A stretch of DNA of 64,000 nucleotides from Eledone cirrhosa (taxonomy: Eukaryota): the NCBI GenBank assembly GCA_964016885.1, contig OZ024766.1, positions 3,348,001-3,412,000 of the forward strand, given 5' to 3'. This document shows, in pieces, positions 13,031-28,357 of this stretch (positions within the stretch are counted from its first letter, which is position 1; each line of letters starts with the position of its first letter). Made by a program: the position numbers and the translations under genes. The notes beneath the pieces are model-generated. The model made no database searches. It saw nothing but the letters and a program-made list of their open reading frames with translations, and was not told the origin of the DNA.

Positions 13031-13390
13031 ATAATAACTGTTTCCACTTTAGGCACAAGGCCAGCAAATTACCCAGTATATTACTGGTACTTTATTTTAT
13101 TGACCCCGTAAAGATGAAAGGCAAAGTTAACCTCGGCGAGATTTGAACTCAGACCGTAAAGGGCCGTAACTCTATGCTGCAAAGCATGGCGTCCGACCCT
13201 CTCCCAATACTGTCAACCCACCGCTCTATGATATAATAATAATAAAGTTTCTGCTTTTGGCACAAGGCCAGCAATTACCCCAGCGTATTACTGGTACTTT
13301 AAATAGTGTTTTCTGATTCAGGCACAAGGCCAGCAATTTTAGGGGAAGGGGAAGTTGACTAAACTGACCCCAGTGCATTACTGGTACTTC
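13030..13390 (-). mobile_element. SINE family B, one full copy and partial copies
   Basis: Reverse complement of the family B consensus. Confidence 0.85.
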
Positions 13391-14194
13391 ATTTTATTGT
13401 ATGTGATGACAATGTCACATTTTGTATGAGTGTGTGTTTGTGTGAGTGAGTGAGTGTGTGCGTGCGTGCGTGAGAGTGCCTGTGAGTGTGTATGAGAGTG
13501 ACTGTGTGTGAGTGCGTGTGTGAGTGAGTGAGTGAGTGAGTGTGTGCGTGTGTGCGAGTGTGTGCGTGCGTGCGAGCGAGTGACTGTGTGTGAGTGAGTG
13601 TGTGTGAGTGAGTGTGTGAGTGAGTGTGTGAGTGAGTGTGTGAGTGAGTGTGTGTGTGTGAGTGTGTGAGTGAGTGCCTGCATTTGTTACATATGTGAGG
13701 CCTTAGTAAGTTACATTCTTCATGTAAATATTTAATCAGATACTCAGAATCACACACAACACACATCTACATACACACATCTACATATACATACACACAC
13801 ACACACACACACATCTACATATACATACACACATCTACATATACATTATGTGAGGACTAACAAGTAAGTTACATACACACACATCATGGAAATATTTAAT
13901 CAGATACTCAGAATCACACACATACACATCTACATATACACACACACACATCTACATACACACACGCATCTACATATACATGAGGACTAACAAGTTACAT
14001 ACACATCATGGAAATATTTAATCAGATACTCAGAATTACACACACATACATATACACACACACACACATCTACATATATATATATATATATGAGGACTAA
14101 CAAGTATATGAGGACTAACAAGTGTATGTGAGGTTGAATTTAAGAAGCTTCAGTGTCCAGTCAAACTAAGTTTTATTATTTCAATATTTCCCAG

Positions 14195-14585
14195 GGCAAG
14201 GATCGGCAGAGGGTCGGACGCCATGCTTTGACGCATAGAGTTACGGCCCTTGCCATTCTGAGTTCAAATCCCGCCGAGGTTGACTTTGCCTTTCATCCTT
14301 ACAGGGGTCGATAAAATAAAGTACCAGTAATACACTGGGGTATTTGCTGGCCTTGTGCCAAAAGTAGAACCAATTATTTCAATTAACAAAGGGCGGTGGT
14401 TTGGCAGCATCGGTAAAGGGCCGAACGCCATGCTTTGCAGCATAGAGTTACGGCCCTTTATGGTCTGAGCTCAAATCCCGCCGAGGTTGACTTTGCCTTA
14501 AATCCTTACAGGGTCGATAAAATAAAGTACCAGTAATGCGCTGGGATAATTGCTGGCCTTGTGCCAAAAGTAGAAACAATTATTT
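14195..14585 (+). mobile_element. Two tandem SINE family B copies
   Basis: Both have a B-box, the Meta-like domain and the GTAGAAAC end. Confidence 0.88.
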
Positions 14586-14760
14586 CAATTAACAAATCTC
14601 AAGGTAGTTGGACTTCATCTCTCTACTACATGTTTCTCCCACAGTCAACTCTATGTTGGTTGCTCTTATCTCCATTTTTATTGTTTACTAATCTGAATAA
14701 GAACAGCAGTAACCCAGGCAACGCCGAGTCATTCAGCTAATATATATATATATATATATA

Positions 14761-15410
14761 TACTAGCCAAATTACCCGCGCCTTGTTGCGTTTCACACAT
14801 TTTTTTTTGTAAGAAACTGATGATTGATTTTAAATCAGTGATATAATTTTATGGGGGAAAACTCTGCATTTCAATATTACTCAATGTAAAATGTAATGCA
14901 TGAAAAATTGGAAAACATTTTTTGTAATATATCAAATCAAAATTACATTAAATCTTATTCTTATTTTGTTTCTTGTAAATAATACTTTTCAAAATATCGA
15001 TTCAAAACTTTTGTGAAGAGGCATCATATGTTGTCATTTACCTATGGCTTAAATTTCATATAAATGGAAGGGAACATATTTTCAGCGGGGGTTTGTGCCT
15101 CAGGGGAAACCTAATAGGGGGTTTAACCCCCATTAGGGTCTTAATATTATTGAAATTTGCTGAAATTTTGTGAATAGGCATCATATGTTGTCATTTACCT
15201 ATGGCTTAAATTTCATATAAATGGAAGGGGAGAACATTTTCAGTGGGGTTTATGCCACCGGGGAACCCTTTGATTAAAATGAAATATACTTATCCAAGTA
15301 CCCTGGGCAATGTAGTTTCAGAATATATATGGTTATGGGGGGGATCTATCTCCAAAACCATAGGAGGAGTTCGTGAACAAACAAACAGACAGACAGGAAT
15401 ACAACTTTAT
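14761..15410 (+). mobile_element. Helentron/DINE-like non-autonomous element
   Basis: Starts TACTAG...ACCCGCG, has (CAAA/CAGA)n near the 3' end and an internal duplication. Related ACTAG..ACCCG ends at about 14740, 15612, 19000, 19545 and 26093; inverted partial copy at 19020-19230. Confidence 0.55.
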
Positions 15411-15430
15411 ATATATATATATATATATAA

Positions 15431-15461
<31 letters not shown>

Positions 15462-15652
15462 AATATATACATATATATGCGTGTATCATTACAATTTTGA
15501 TATTTTTTTTTATAAAATAATCATGAGAAAAAAAATATATCTCAATATTTATTGTTTATTAATCTGAATAAATACAACAGTAACCCAGGCAATGCCGGGG
15601 TCATTCAGCTAGTATATATATATATATATATACATATACACACATGTATATA

Positions 15653-15689
<37 letters not shown>

Positions 15690-15749
15690 ATATATACACA
15701 GTAAATGTAAAAGACAGCAATATTTTTAAATAATAAAAAAATATATATA

Positions 15750-15789
15750 TATTCATGTATATATATATGTATGTATATATATGTAGATG

Positions 15790-15834
<45 letters not shown>

Positions 15835-16303
15835 ATATATATATATATATACATATATGTACATGTATGTATATATATGTACATGTATGTATGTATATAT
15901 GTACATGTTATGTATATATATATGTACATGTATGTATATATATATGTACATGTATGTATATATATATGTACATGTATGTATATATATATACATGTATGTA
16001 TATATATATATATATACATGTATGTATATATATATATACATGTATGTATATATATATATACATGTATGTATATATATATATACATGTATATATATATATA
16101 TACATGTATGTATATATATATATACATGTATGTATATATATATATACATGTATGTGTATATATATATATATACATGTATATATATATATACATGTATGTA
16201 TATATATATATACATGTATGTATATATATATATATGTACATATATATATATATACATACATACATGTACATATATATATATATATATACATACATACATG
16301 TAC

Positions 16304-16345
<42 letters not shown>

Positions 16346-16380
16346 GTGTGTGTGTGTGTGTATATGTGTATATATACACA
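15750..16380. repeat. (TA)n/TACATG compound microsatellite
   Basis: Direct inspection. Confidence 0.9.
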
Positions 16381-16559
16381 CTAAATGAGAAAGAGGACAG
16401 CAATATGTACAAGAGTTTTATATAAAAATCCTGCCCCCCTTCGTTAAAATGAATATACAATTAAAATTGATAATGTTCGTTAAAGTTGTTGTTTGGGGGG
16501 GGGGGGGGGGTTTCTGTACATATATATATATATATAATAGTAGAATGTGTGAGGGGTGG

Positions 16560-16820
<261 letters not shown>

Positions 16821-16863
16821 CGAAAGAGCAAAAAGCTCCTCCACACTGTGAGGTCAGACCAGA

Positions 16864-17392
16864 CTGGAGCAGTCTTGGACAAAACATGTTACAGTTCAGG
16901 TCAGGCTGGAGCAGTCTTGGAAAAAAACATGTTACAGTTCAGGTCAGGCTGGAGCAGTCTTGGACAAAACATGTTACAGTTCAGGTCAGGCTGGGGCAGT
17001 CTTGGACAAAACATGTTACAGTTCAGGTCAGGCTGAGCAGTCTTGGACAAAACATGTTACAGTTCAGGTCAGGCTGGAGCAGTCTTGGACAAAACATGTT
17101 ACAGTTCAGGTCAGGCTGGGGCAGTCTTGGACAAAACATGTTACAGTTCAGGTCAGGCTGGGGCAGTCTTGGACAAAACATGTTACAGTTCAGGGTCAGG
17201 GCTGGAGCAGTCTTGGACAAAACATGTTACAGTTCAGGTCAGGCTGGGGCAGTCTTGGACAAAACATGTTACAGTTCAGGTCAGGCTGGAGCAGTCTTGG
17301 ACAAAACATGTTACAGTTCAGGTCAGGCTGGAGGCAGTCTTGGGCAAAAACATGTTACAGTTCAGGTCAGGCTGGGGCAGTCTTGGACAAAA
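16864..17392. repeat. 42-bp minisatellite, about 12-13 copies, just downstream of the cdc20 stop codon
   Basis: Unit CTGGAGCAGTCTTGGACAAAACATGTTACAGTTCAGGTCAGG. Confidence 0.95.
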
Positions 17393-17490
17393 CAAAGCAA
17401 GGCAAAGCAAGGCAAGGCAAGGGGGCCACGACCATACTGGAGCCGTGGTCCCCCCCCCCCCGGCGGCCCCAGGAACCCCCCCGCCGCTAG

Positions 17491-17675
17491 CTAGCGGATC
17501 GTCGACAAACGAATCATGCCGGGAACCAGAGATTTGCTGCTCTTCTCGGCTGCTTTCTTCTTCTGCTCGGAACCAGCGAAACACTTCCAGAGACGCAGAG
17601 TCTCATCCGCTCCGGCAGAGACCACTGTTGAACCATCGGGGGACATGGCCAGATGCAGCACCCGAGCCGTGTGAC
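17491..17675 (-). CDS. cdc20: cdc20 coding exon 8 ([14 protein letters not shown]...[11 protein letters not shown]...STIR*)
   Basis: Last WD40 blade and IR tail followed by TAG. Confidence 0.96.
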
Positions 17676-20600
17676 CTGCAAATACAACAACAATGACAAT
17701 GATAGTTTTACTGATTTGGGCACAAGGCCAACACTTTTAACCCTTTAGCATTTATATATATATATATATATCATCAAAAAAGCACCCAGCACTCACTGTA
17801 AAGTGGTCGTGGAGGTGCCACAGCAAAGAAAGCACCCAGCACTCACTGTAAAGTGGTCGTGGAGGTGCCACAGCAAAGAAAGCACCCAGCACTCACTGTA
17901 AAGTGGTCGTGGAGGTGCCACGGCAAAAAAAGCACCCAGCACTCACTGTAAAGTGGTCGTGGAGGTGCCACGGCAAAGAAAGCACCCAGCACTCACTGTA
18001 AAGTGGTCGTGGAGGTGCCACAGCAAAGAAAGCACCCAGCACTCACTGTAAAGTGGTTGTGGAGGTGCCACAGCAAAGAAAGCACCCAGCACTCACTGTA
18101 AAGTGGTCGTGGAGGTGCCACGGCAAAAAAGCACCCAGCACTCACTGTAAAGTGGTCGTGGAGGTGCCACGGCAAAAAAAGCACCCAGCACTCACTGTAA
18201 AGTGGTCGTGGAGGTGCCACGGCAAAAAAGCACCCAGCACTCACTGTAAAGTGGTCGTGGAGGTGCCACGGCAAAAAAGCACCCAGCACTCACTGTAAAG
18301 TGGTCGTGGAGGTGCCACGGCAAAAAAGCACCCAGCACTCACTGTAAAGTGGTCGTGGAGGTGCCACGGCAAAAAAAGCACCCAGCACTCACTGTAAATG
18401 AGGTTGGTGTTAGGAAGGGCATCCAGCTGTAGAGATCAAGCCAGAATCAGTTCCCGTCCCACCCTTGCAAGCAGGGAAAAGTGGACGTTAAATGAAATGA
18501 TGATGATGATTTTATGTCCACTTTTCCCTGCTTGCAAGGGTGGGACGGGAACTGATTCTGGCTTGATTTCTACAGCTGGATGCCCTTCCTAACACCAACC
18601 TCATTTACAGTGAGTGCTGGGTGCTTTTTTTTTAGCCGTGGCACCTCCACGACCACTTTGCAGTGGAATGATAGGGACCCCAGTCCCTATCATCTCATTT
18701 CTACAGCTGAGTAAACTGGAGCAATGTGAAATAAAGTGTCTTGCTCAAGGAAACAACACATCACCCGGTCTGAGAATTGAACTCACAACCTTTCGATTGC
18801 AAGGCCAATGCTCTAACCACTAAGCCATGTGCCTCCATATATATATAAAATTATATATTCGTGTAGAGATATTTTTGCATACACAATAACAAAATATAAA
18901 CAAACGTATTTATTTCACGAGGCTCGATAAGGATAAATATATATCAAATATATAAGAACCCTAGAGCAAATCCCGAGCAACACCGGGCCATTCTGCTAGT
19001 ATTATTCTATATCAGAATATATATATTCTGAAACTACATTGCCCAGGGTACTTGGCTAAGTATATTTCATTTTAATCAAAGGGTACCCCGGGGGCACAAA
19101 ACCCCCACTGAAAATTTTTTCCCTTCGATTTATATGAAATTTAAACCATAGGTAAATGACAACATATGATCCCTATTCACAAAATTTCAGCAAATTTCAA
19201 TAACATTAAGACACCCTAATGGGGGTTCTGCTATTTTCCTTATACCCAACACTCAACTTCTCTGACAAACATTTTTTCGCCTGACCAATGCAATCAACAT
19301 TTGTTTGTATTATATATATTATAGGTTAACTTTGCCTTTCATCCTTACGGGATCGATAAAATAAAGTACCAGTAATACACTGGGGAAATTGCTGGCCTTG
19401 TGCCAAAAGTAGAAACAATTATTTGTTTGTATTATTCTTTCGTAGATGAATTTGTCTTCGCTTTTCATTATCTGAGAGGCATTGGGCATTTTAATGGGAA
19501 CTGGGAATACCCCTGCTCCCGTGTATTATCGGGTACCTCAGCTAGTTTATATATCTCGCTCATCCTGCCAGAGAAACTTCCGTACGAGCGAGACACGGTC
19601 TCCCGACCATTCCCGCATCAAATGGAACAAAACCGTCTAACCCATGCTAGCGTGGAAGATGGACGTTAAACTATGATGATGATATATATATATATATATA
19701 TCAACATACGTTAACCTTGGTCTTCCTCTTCCAGTGTGTCCATGTAGGGGCTCCCAAAGGAGCACTGAGTGCAGTGTCAACTCTGGATGTTGGTGAGCAT
19801 GTCCAGCTAACCTAGTGTGTCCGTGTAGGGGCTCCCACAGGAGCACTGAGTGCAGTGTCAACTCTGGATGTCGGTGAGCATGTCCAGCTAACCTAGTGTG
19901 TCCGTGTAGGGGCTCCCACAGGAGCACTGAGTGCAGTGTCAACTCTGGATGTCGGTGAGCATGTCCAGCTAACCTAGTGTGTCCGTGTAGGGGCTCTCAC
20001 AGGAGCACTGAGTGCAGTGTCAACTCTGGATGTCGGTGAGCATGTCCAGCTAACCTCAGTCTCCTCTGTCACTTTTGAGCTGACTTTTCGGATGCTCCCG
20101 TACAGGTATGAGTTTTTCATCCTCAGTGTATACTGATTAATGTTCAGAGCCATCCTCAGCATTCTCGTGTAGCACCCCATCCACCATCTGAGTTGACATG
20201 CCACTCAGTGCTCCTGTGGGAGCCCCTACATGGACACACTGGAAGAGGAAGACCAAGGTTAACGTATGTTGATGCCCTAAGGACAGACACTGGTCTGTTG
20301 GAGACGCAGGACATGGCAGCGATAATGAGGGACAGAGACCGCTGGAGAGAACTCGTCCATGGATCTCAGGAATTTTATCCGCCTTAGATAGATATACATA
20401 TAAATAGATATACATATTTTTTCATTTCATTTCATTTTACGTCCGCTTTTTCCCTGCTTGCAAGGGTGGGACGGGAACTGATTCTGGCTTGATTTCTACA
20501 GCTGGATGCCCTTCCTAACACCAACCTCATTTACAGTGAGTGGTGGGTGCTTTTTTTTTTTCCGTGGCACCTCCACGACCACTTTGCAGTGGAATGATAG

Positions 20601-20794
20601 GGACCCCAGTCCCTATCATCTCATTTCTACAGCTGAGTAAACTGGAGCAATGTGAAGTAAAGTGTCTTGCTCAAGGAAACAACACATCACCCGGTCTGAG
20701 AATTGAACTCACAACCTTTCGATTGCAAGGCCAATGCTCTAACCACTAAGCCATGTGCCTCCATCTTTAAAGACAAGTGTATATATATATATAA

Positions 20795-20830
<36 letters not shown>

Positions 20831-23800
20831 TTGTCTGTAATTGTTTAAAATTTACACACAAACACACACGATGCATTTGCTGTCGTATTGCTACAATAAA
20901 AAGCTCACTTTCCAATCACAAGGTCCTGGGTTCTAACCCTAACCCTTCATTTGCACCTGTAATATAGTTATTTTCTCCAAAGTTACTCGCATATTCAACC
21001 GTGTATGTCACTTACCTGTCAATTCGGCTACTTTGGACATGGATGGATACTTCCATATGGTCAGCTGATGCTGTGCATAGCCGTGACCGGATATCAGTTC
21101 TCTGTGTTCACTGGACCATAGCATTGCACACACCTGCCCAAACAAAGAAACAAATAATGTTCAGTTTCAAGTATTCAACAATGAAAGTCATCATCATCAT
21201 CATCATCATCATCATCACCGTTTTACGTCCGTTCTTCCACGCTAGCATGGGTTAGACGGGTTGTCCTGTTGTGGGCAGTGTCTGGTCGGCTGACCTTGTC
21301 TTGCTCATACAGGAACTGATCTGGCTTGATTTCCTTGTATTTTCACAGTAAAGGCTTTACCTTACATAATACCTCACATAATATTTACATTACTCTATAT
21401 ATACTATTGTATTGTCACAGTAAAGGCTTTACCTCACATAATATCTCACATACCATTTACATTACTCTATATATTCTATTGTATTGTCACAGTAAAGGCT
21501 TTACCTCACATAATATCTCGCATAACATTTACATTACTCTATATATACTATTGTATTGTCACAGTAAAGGCTTTACCTCACATAATACCTCACATAACAT
21601 TTACATTACTCTATATATACTATTGTATTTTCACAGTAAAGGCTTTACCTCACATAATATCTCACATAACATTTACATTACTCTATATATACCATTATAT
21701 TTTCACAGTAAAGGCTTTACTTCACATAATATCTCACATAACATTTACATTACTCTATATATACCATTATATTTTCACAGTAAAGGCTTTACCTCACATA
21801 ATATCTCACATAACATTTACATTACTCTATATATACCATTATATTTTCACAGTAAAGGCTTTACCTCACATAATATCTCATAACATTTACATTACTCTAT
21901 ATATACCATTATATTTTCACAGTAAAGGCTTTACTTCATAATATCTCACATAACATTTACATTACTCTATATATACTATTGTATTTTCACAGTAAAGGCT
22001 TTACCTCACATAATATCTCACATAACATTTACATTACTCTATATATACTATTGTATTTTCACAGTAAAGGCTTTACCTCACATAACATTTACATTACTCT
22101 ATATATACTATTGTATTTTCACAGTAAAGGCTTTACCTCACATAATATCTCACATAACATTTACATTACTCTATATATACTATTGTATTGTCACAGTAAA
22201 GGCTTTACCTCACATAATCTCACATAACATTTACATTACTCTATATATACTATTGTATTGTCACAGTAAAGGCTTTACCTCACATAATATCTCACATAAC
22301 ATTTACATTACTCTATATATACTATTGTATTGTCACAGTAAAGGCTTTACCTCACATAATACCTCACATAACATTTACATTACTCTATATATACTATTGT
22401 ATTGTCACAGTAAAGGCTTTACCTCACATAATATCTCACATAACATTTACATTACTCTATATATACTATTGTATTGTCACAGTAAAGGCTTTACCTCACA
22501 TAATACCTCACATAACATTTACATTACTCTATATATACTATTGTATTTTCACAGTAAAGGCTTTACCTCACATAATATCTCACATAACATTTACATTACT
22601 CTATATATACCATTATATTTTCACAGTAAAGGCTTTACTTCACATAATATCTCACATAACATTTACATTACTCTATATATACCATTATATTTTCACAGTA
22701 AAGGCTTTACCTCACATAATATCTCACATAACATTTACATTACTCTATATATACCATTATATTTTCACAGTAAAGGCTTTACCTCACATAATATCTCATA
22801 TAACATTTACATTACTCTATATATACCATTATATTTTCACAGTAAAGGCTTTACTTCATAATATCTCACATAACATTTACATTACTCTATATATACTATT
22901 GTATTTTCACAGTAAAGGCTTTACCTCACATAATATCTCACATAACATTTACATTACTCTATATATACTATTGTATTTTCACAGTAAAGGCTTTACCTCA
23001 TAATATCTCACATAACATTTACATTACTCTATATATACTATTGTATTTTCACAGTAAAGGCTTTACCTCACATAATATCTCACATAACATTTACATTACT
23101 CTATATATACTATTGTATTGTCACAGTAAAGGCTTTACCTCACATAATATCTCACATAACATTTACATTACTCTATATATACTATTGTATTTTCACAGTA
23201 AAGGCTTTACCTCACATAATATCTCACATAACATTTACATTACTCTATATATACTATTGTATTTTCACAGTAAAGGCTTTACCTCACATAATATCTCACA
23301 TAACATTTACATTACTCTATATATAGTATTGTATTTTCACAGTAAAGGCTTTACCTCACATAATATCTCATAACATTTACATTACTCTATATATACTATT
23401 GTATTTTCACAGTAAAGGCTTTACCTCATAATATCTCACATAACATTTACATTACTCTATATATACTATTGTATTTTCACAGTAAAGGCTTTACCTCACA
23501 TAATATCTCACATAACATTTACATTACTCTATATATACTATTGTATTGTCACAGTAAAGGCTTTACCTCACATAATATCTCACATAACATTTACATTACT
23601 CTATATATACTATTGTATTTTCACAGTAAAGGCTTTACCTCACATAATACCTCACATAACATTTACATTACTCTATATATACTATTGTATTGTCACAGTA
23701 AAGGCTTTACCTCACATAATATCTCACATAACATTTACATTACTCTATATATACTATTGTATTTTCACAGTAAAGGCTTTACCTCACATAATATCTCACA

Positions 23801-26237
23801 TAACATTTACATTACTCTATATATACTATTGTATTTTCACAGTAAAGGCTTTACCTCACATAATATCTCACATAACATTCACATTACTCTATATATACTA
23901 TTGTATTTTCACAGTAAAGGCTTTACCTCACATAACATTTACATTACTCTATATATACTATTGTATTGTCACAGTAAAGGCTTTACCTCACATAACATTT
24001 ACATTACTCTATATATACTATTGTATTTTCACAGTAAAGGCTTTACCTCACATAATATCTCATAACATTTACATTACTCTATATATACTATTGTATTTTC
24101 ACAGTAAAGGCTTTACCTCACATAATATCTCACATAACATCTACATTACTCTATATATACTATTGTATTGTCACAGTAAAGGCTTTACCTCACATAATAT
24201 CTCACATAACATTTACATTACTCTATATATACTATTGTATTTTCACAGTAAAGGCTTTACCTCACATAATATCTCACATAACAATTACATTACTCTATAT
24301 ATACTATTGTATTGTCACAGTAAAGGCTTTACCTCACATAATATCTCACAACATTTACATTACTCTATATATACTATTGTATTTTCACAGTAAAGGCTTT
24401 ACCTTACATAATATCTCACAACATTTACATTACTCTATATATACTATTGTATTTTCACAGTAAAGGCTTTACCTTACATAATATCTCACAACATTTACAT
24501 TACTCTATATATACTATTGTATTGTCACAGTAAAGGCTTTACCTCACATAATATCTCACATAACATTTACATTACTCTATATATACTATTGTATTGTCAC
24601 AGTAAAGGCTTTACCTCACATAATATCTCACAACATTTACATTACTCTATATATACTATTGTATTTTCACAGTAAAGGCTTTACCTCACATAATATCTCA
24701 CATAACATTTACATTACTCTATATATACTATTGTATTTTCACAGTAAAGGCTTTACCTCACATAACATTTACATTACTCTATATATACTATTGTATTTTC
24801 ACAGTAAAGGCTTTACCTCACATAACATTTACATTACTCTATATATATACTATTGTATTTTCACAGTAAAGGCTTTACCTCACAATATCTCATAACATTT
24901 ACATTACTCTATATATACTATTGTATTTTCACAGTAAAGGCTTTACCTCACATAATATCTCACATAACATTTACATTACTCTATATATACTATTGTATTG
25001 TCACAGTAAAGGCTTTACCTCACATAATATCTCACATAACATTTACATTACTCTATATATACTATTGTATTGTCACAGTAAAGGCTTTACCTCACATAAT
25101 ATCTCACATAACATTTACATTACTCTATATATACTATTGTATTGTCACAGTAAAGGCTTTACCTCACATAATATCTCACATAACATTTACATTACTCTAT
25201 ATATACTATTGTATTGTCACAGTAAAGGCTTTACCTCACATAATATCTCACATAACATTTACATTACTCTATATATACTATTGTATTGTCACAGTAAAGG
25301 CTTTACCTCACATAATATCTCACAACATTTACATTACTCTATATATACTATTGTATTTTCACAGTAAAGGCTTTACCTCACATCATATCAAATCTATGAG
25401 ATTTTGATATTTATTTTGAGAACAATACCTTAACATCAGTATGAGCAGGCAATTACAGCTGGTTTGAACAGAAAGAGGTGGGAGAAGTCTGGCCAGATAC
25501 AACCGGTTTAAATGCTAAATGGTTAAAGATTTCCAATTTAAATTAAAATCTTTTACCCAACCCCAACCCTACCCCTAACCCCTAACACTACCCCTAACAC
25601 TACCCCTTACCCACAAAAAAATTAAGTAAAATTTTTTACCTGTGATTTGGTGTCGATACTCTGGACATTGGACCCCGTGTTACAGTTCCAGAACCTAATA
25701 TGGCGGTCAGCTGTCCCTCCACCACTGGCCAGCAGCCTCGGTTGCCACGGACACCAGGCCAGTGCCTTCACGGCCGCCTGGTGGTAGGTGAGGGAGTAGA
25801 GAGGCTGAGACTGGGGGAACAGGCGGCCCCCTTCCGCTGGCCAGATGTTCAGCAGGTTGTCGTTACCCCCGCTGGCGAGGTAGGCCCCGTCCGGTGACCA
25901 GCGCAGGCCACACACCTCCTGCGTGTGTCCGGTCACATTGCCCTGGAGGTGTTGGGACACACGGACATCGTGATGGTGAATATGTCCACTTCGGGAACCA
26001 CTGAGAGGAAGAGAAAGAAAGACAATAAAATAATCATCATCATCATCAACAATATCACAAGTGTATGTTTTTATATATATATATATATATATACTAGTAG
26101 AGGTACCCGGCGTTGCTCAGGATTTGCTCTAGGATTCTTATATATTTGATATATATTTATCCTTATCGAGCCTCGTGAAATAAATACGTTTGTTTATATT
26201 TTGTTATTGTGTATGCAACAATATCTGTACACGAATA

Positions 26238-26272
<35 letters not shown>

Positions 26273-28274
26273 CATCATCATCATGCGTCTGCTTTTCCCT
26301 GCTTGCAAGGGTGGGGCGGGAACTGATTCTGGCTTGATCTCTACAGCTGGATGCCCTTCCTAACACCAACCTCATTTACAGTGAGTGCTGGGTGCTTTTT
26401 TGCCGTGGCACCTCCACGACCACTTTACAGTGGAATGATAGGGGCTCCCAGTCCCTATCATCTCATTTCTACAGCTGAGTAAACTGGAGCAATGTGAAAT
26501 AAAGTGTCTTGCTCAAGGAAACAACACATCACCCGGTCTGAGAATTGAACTCACAACAAGGCCAATTGTTTTTTCAGCTGGGGTTCAACATTAGGGGTGG
26601 CAAAGAACACCATTATGGTATATTTGTATCTAAGGTAACTATATATCATCATCATCATCATCACCGTTTTACGTCCGTTCTTCCACGCTAGCATGGGTTA
26701 GACGGGTTGTCCTGTTGTGGGCAGCGTCTGGTCGGCTGACCATGCCTTGCTCATACTGGAACTGATTCTGGCTTGATTTAGAGGGTTGGATGCCATGCTT
26801 TCCAGCATAGTTACGTCCCTTTACAGTCTGAGTTCAAATCCCACTTAGGTTAACTTTGCCTTTCATCCTTACGGGGTCGATAAAATAAAGTACCAGTAAT
26901 GCACTGGGGTAATTGCTGGCCTTGTGCCTAAAGTAGAAACATTTATAGTTAAGATGTATTCAGATTGAAACAAAGGCAGCACACCACCACCACCACAATA
27001 CACTCACTACACAACACCACAACACAACAACACACAAATACACGACACAACACATCACTTACCTGCTAAGTATGTGAGAATTCCAAGAGAGTGCTCCAAC
27101 TCGGCCAGAGTGTCCTGACATGCTTCGCAATCTCTTTTCTTTGAAGACATCCCAAATCTAAATATATACATAGATATATGGGATAACAAGTTATCGTTAT
27201 AAGTAATCCAGTTAGAGGTTGTAAGTACTCTGTACATAGTTTTAACGTACGGTGTTGTTTGACTCAACAAGAGGTTTCCTTAGTTAGGTGGTGAGTTCCT
27301 GGGAATCCCTAAAGGTACTCAATACATAGAGTATAAAAGTTTTAATATAGATGAGATTCTACAGGACTAGAACTGTTTTTAGCTTGTATTTTCACAGTAA
27401 AGGCTTTACCTCATAACATCTACATTACTCTATATATACTATTGTATTTTCACAGTAAAGGCTTTACCTCACATAACATTTACATTACTCTATATATTCT
27501 ATTGTATTTTCACAATAAAGGCTTTACCTCACACGAACTGCTCCTAATAACAGTCTTTCCTATCTGTTTGGTTGAGCACACTTCTCTGAGTGGCTTTGGG
27601 CTGCCCTTTCTAGCAGTTCGTCCCTCAGAGGCTACTGGTTCACTGCCCTTAAACATGCTGTGACTTCTCTCTCCCACGTGTAGCCGGACAGTCAATTTTT
27701 AAATTCTCTTAGCGTTGTCTGAAATGTATAGCCTTACACACGCTGATGAACCGAGACTAGACCATTTCTTTCAACAAATTACTGGTGAAACATATCTTTG
27801 CATTTGTACGTGTGTTATATAGTTATAGAGGTATTTATTTACGCTTTAATTTATCTTTTTAATTATCGTGTCTATAGTCTGCCTTTCATAGGTTATAGAT
27901 TCCATACACTGGTGGTTTTTTCCCTGTATTATTGATAACACACTGTATATCTCTCTCTGGTGTGTTACCTTTTCAACATATTGTATTTTAAAGAGCTCAG
28001 GATCTCTTCTCCTTTGAGCACATTATTTACAGGGAATGGAAGGGGCGGTAGATTGGCAGTATCAGTGGAGGGTCGGACGCCATGCTTTCCAGCATAGTTA
28101 CGTCCCTCTACGATCTGAGTTCAAATCCCGCCGAGGTTGACTTTGCCTTTCATCCTTACGGGGTCGATAAAATAAAGTTCCAGTAATGTACTGGGTAATT
28201 GCTGGCCTTGTGCCTAAAGTAGAAACAATTATTTACAGGGAATAGCGAGGACCTATGCCTCCGTTAATTTATCA

Positions 28275-28357
<83 letters not shown>

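Noticed and set aside
20930-20947. Interstitial telomere (TAACCC)2
   Set aside because: Only two units; expected by chance.
27735-27770. CTGATGA motif (and GTGATGA...GAAAGCTT at about 34268-34288)
   Set aside because: No convincing stem I or II; the first lacks an intact GAAA.
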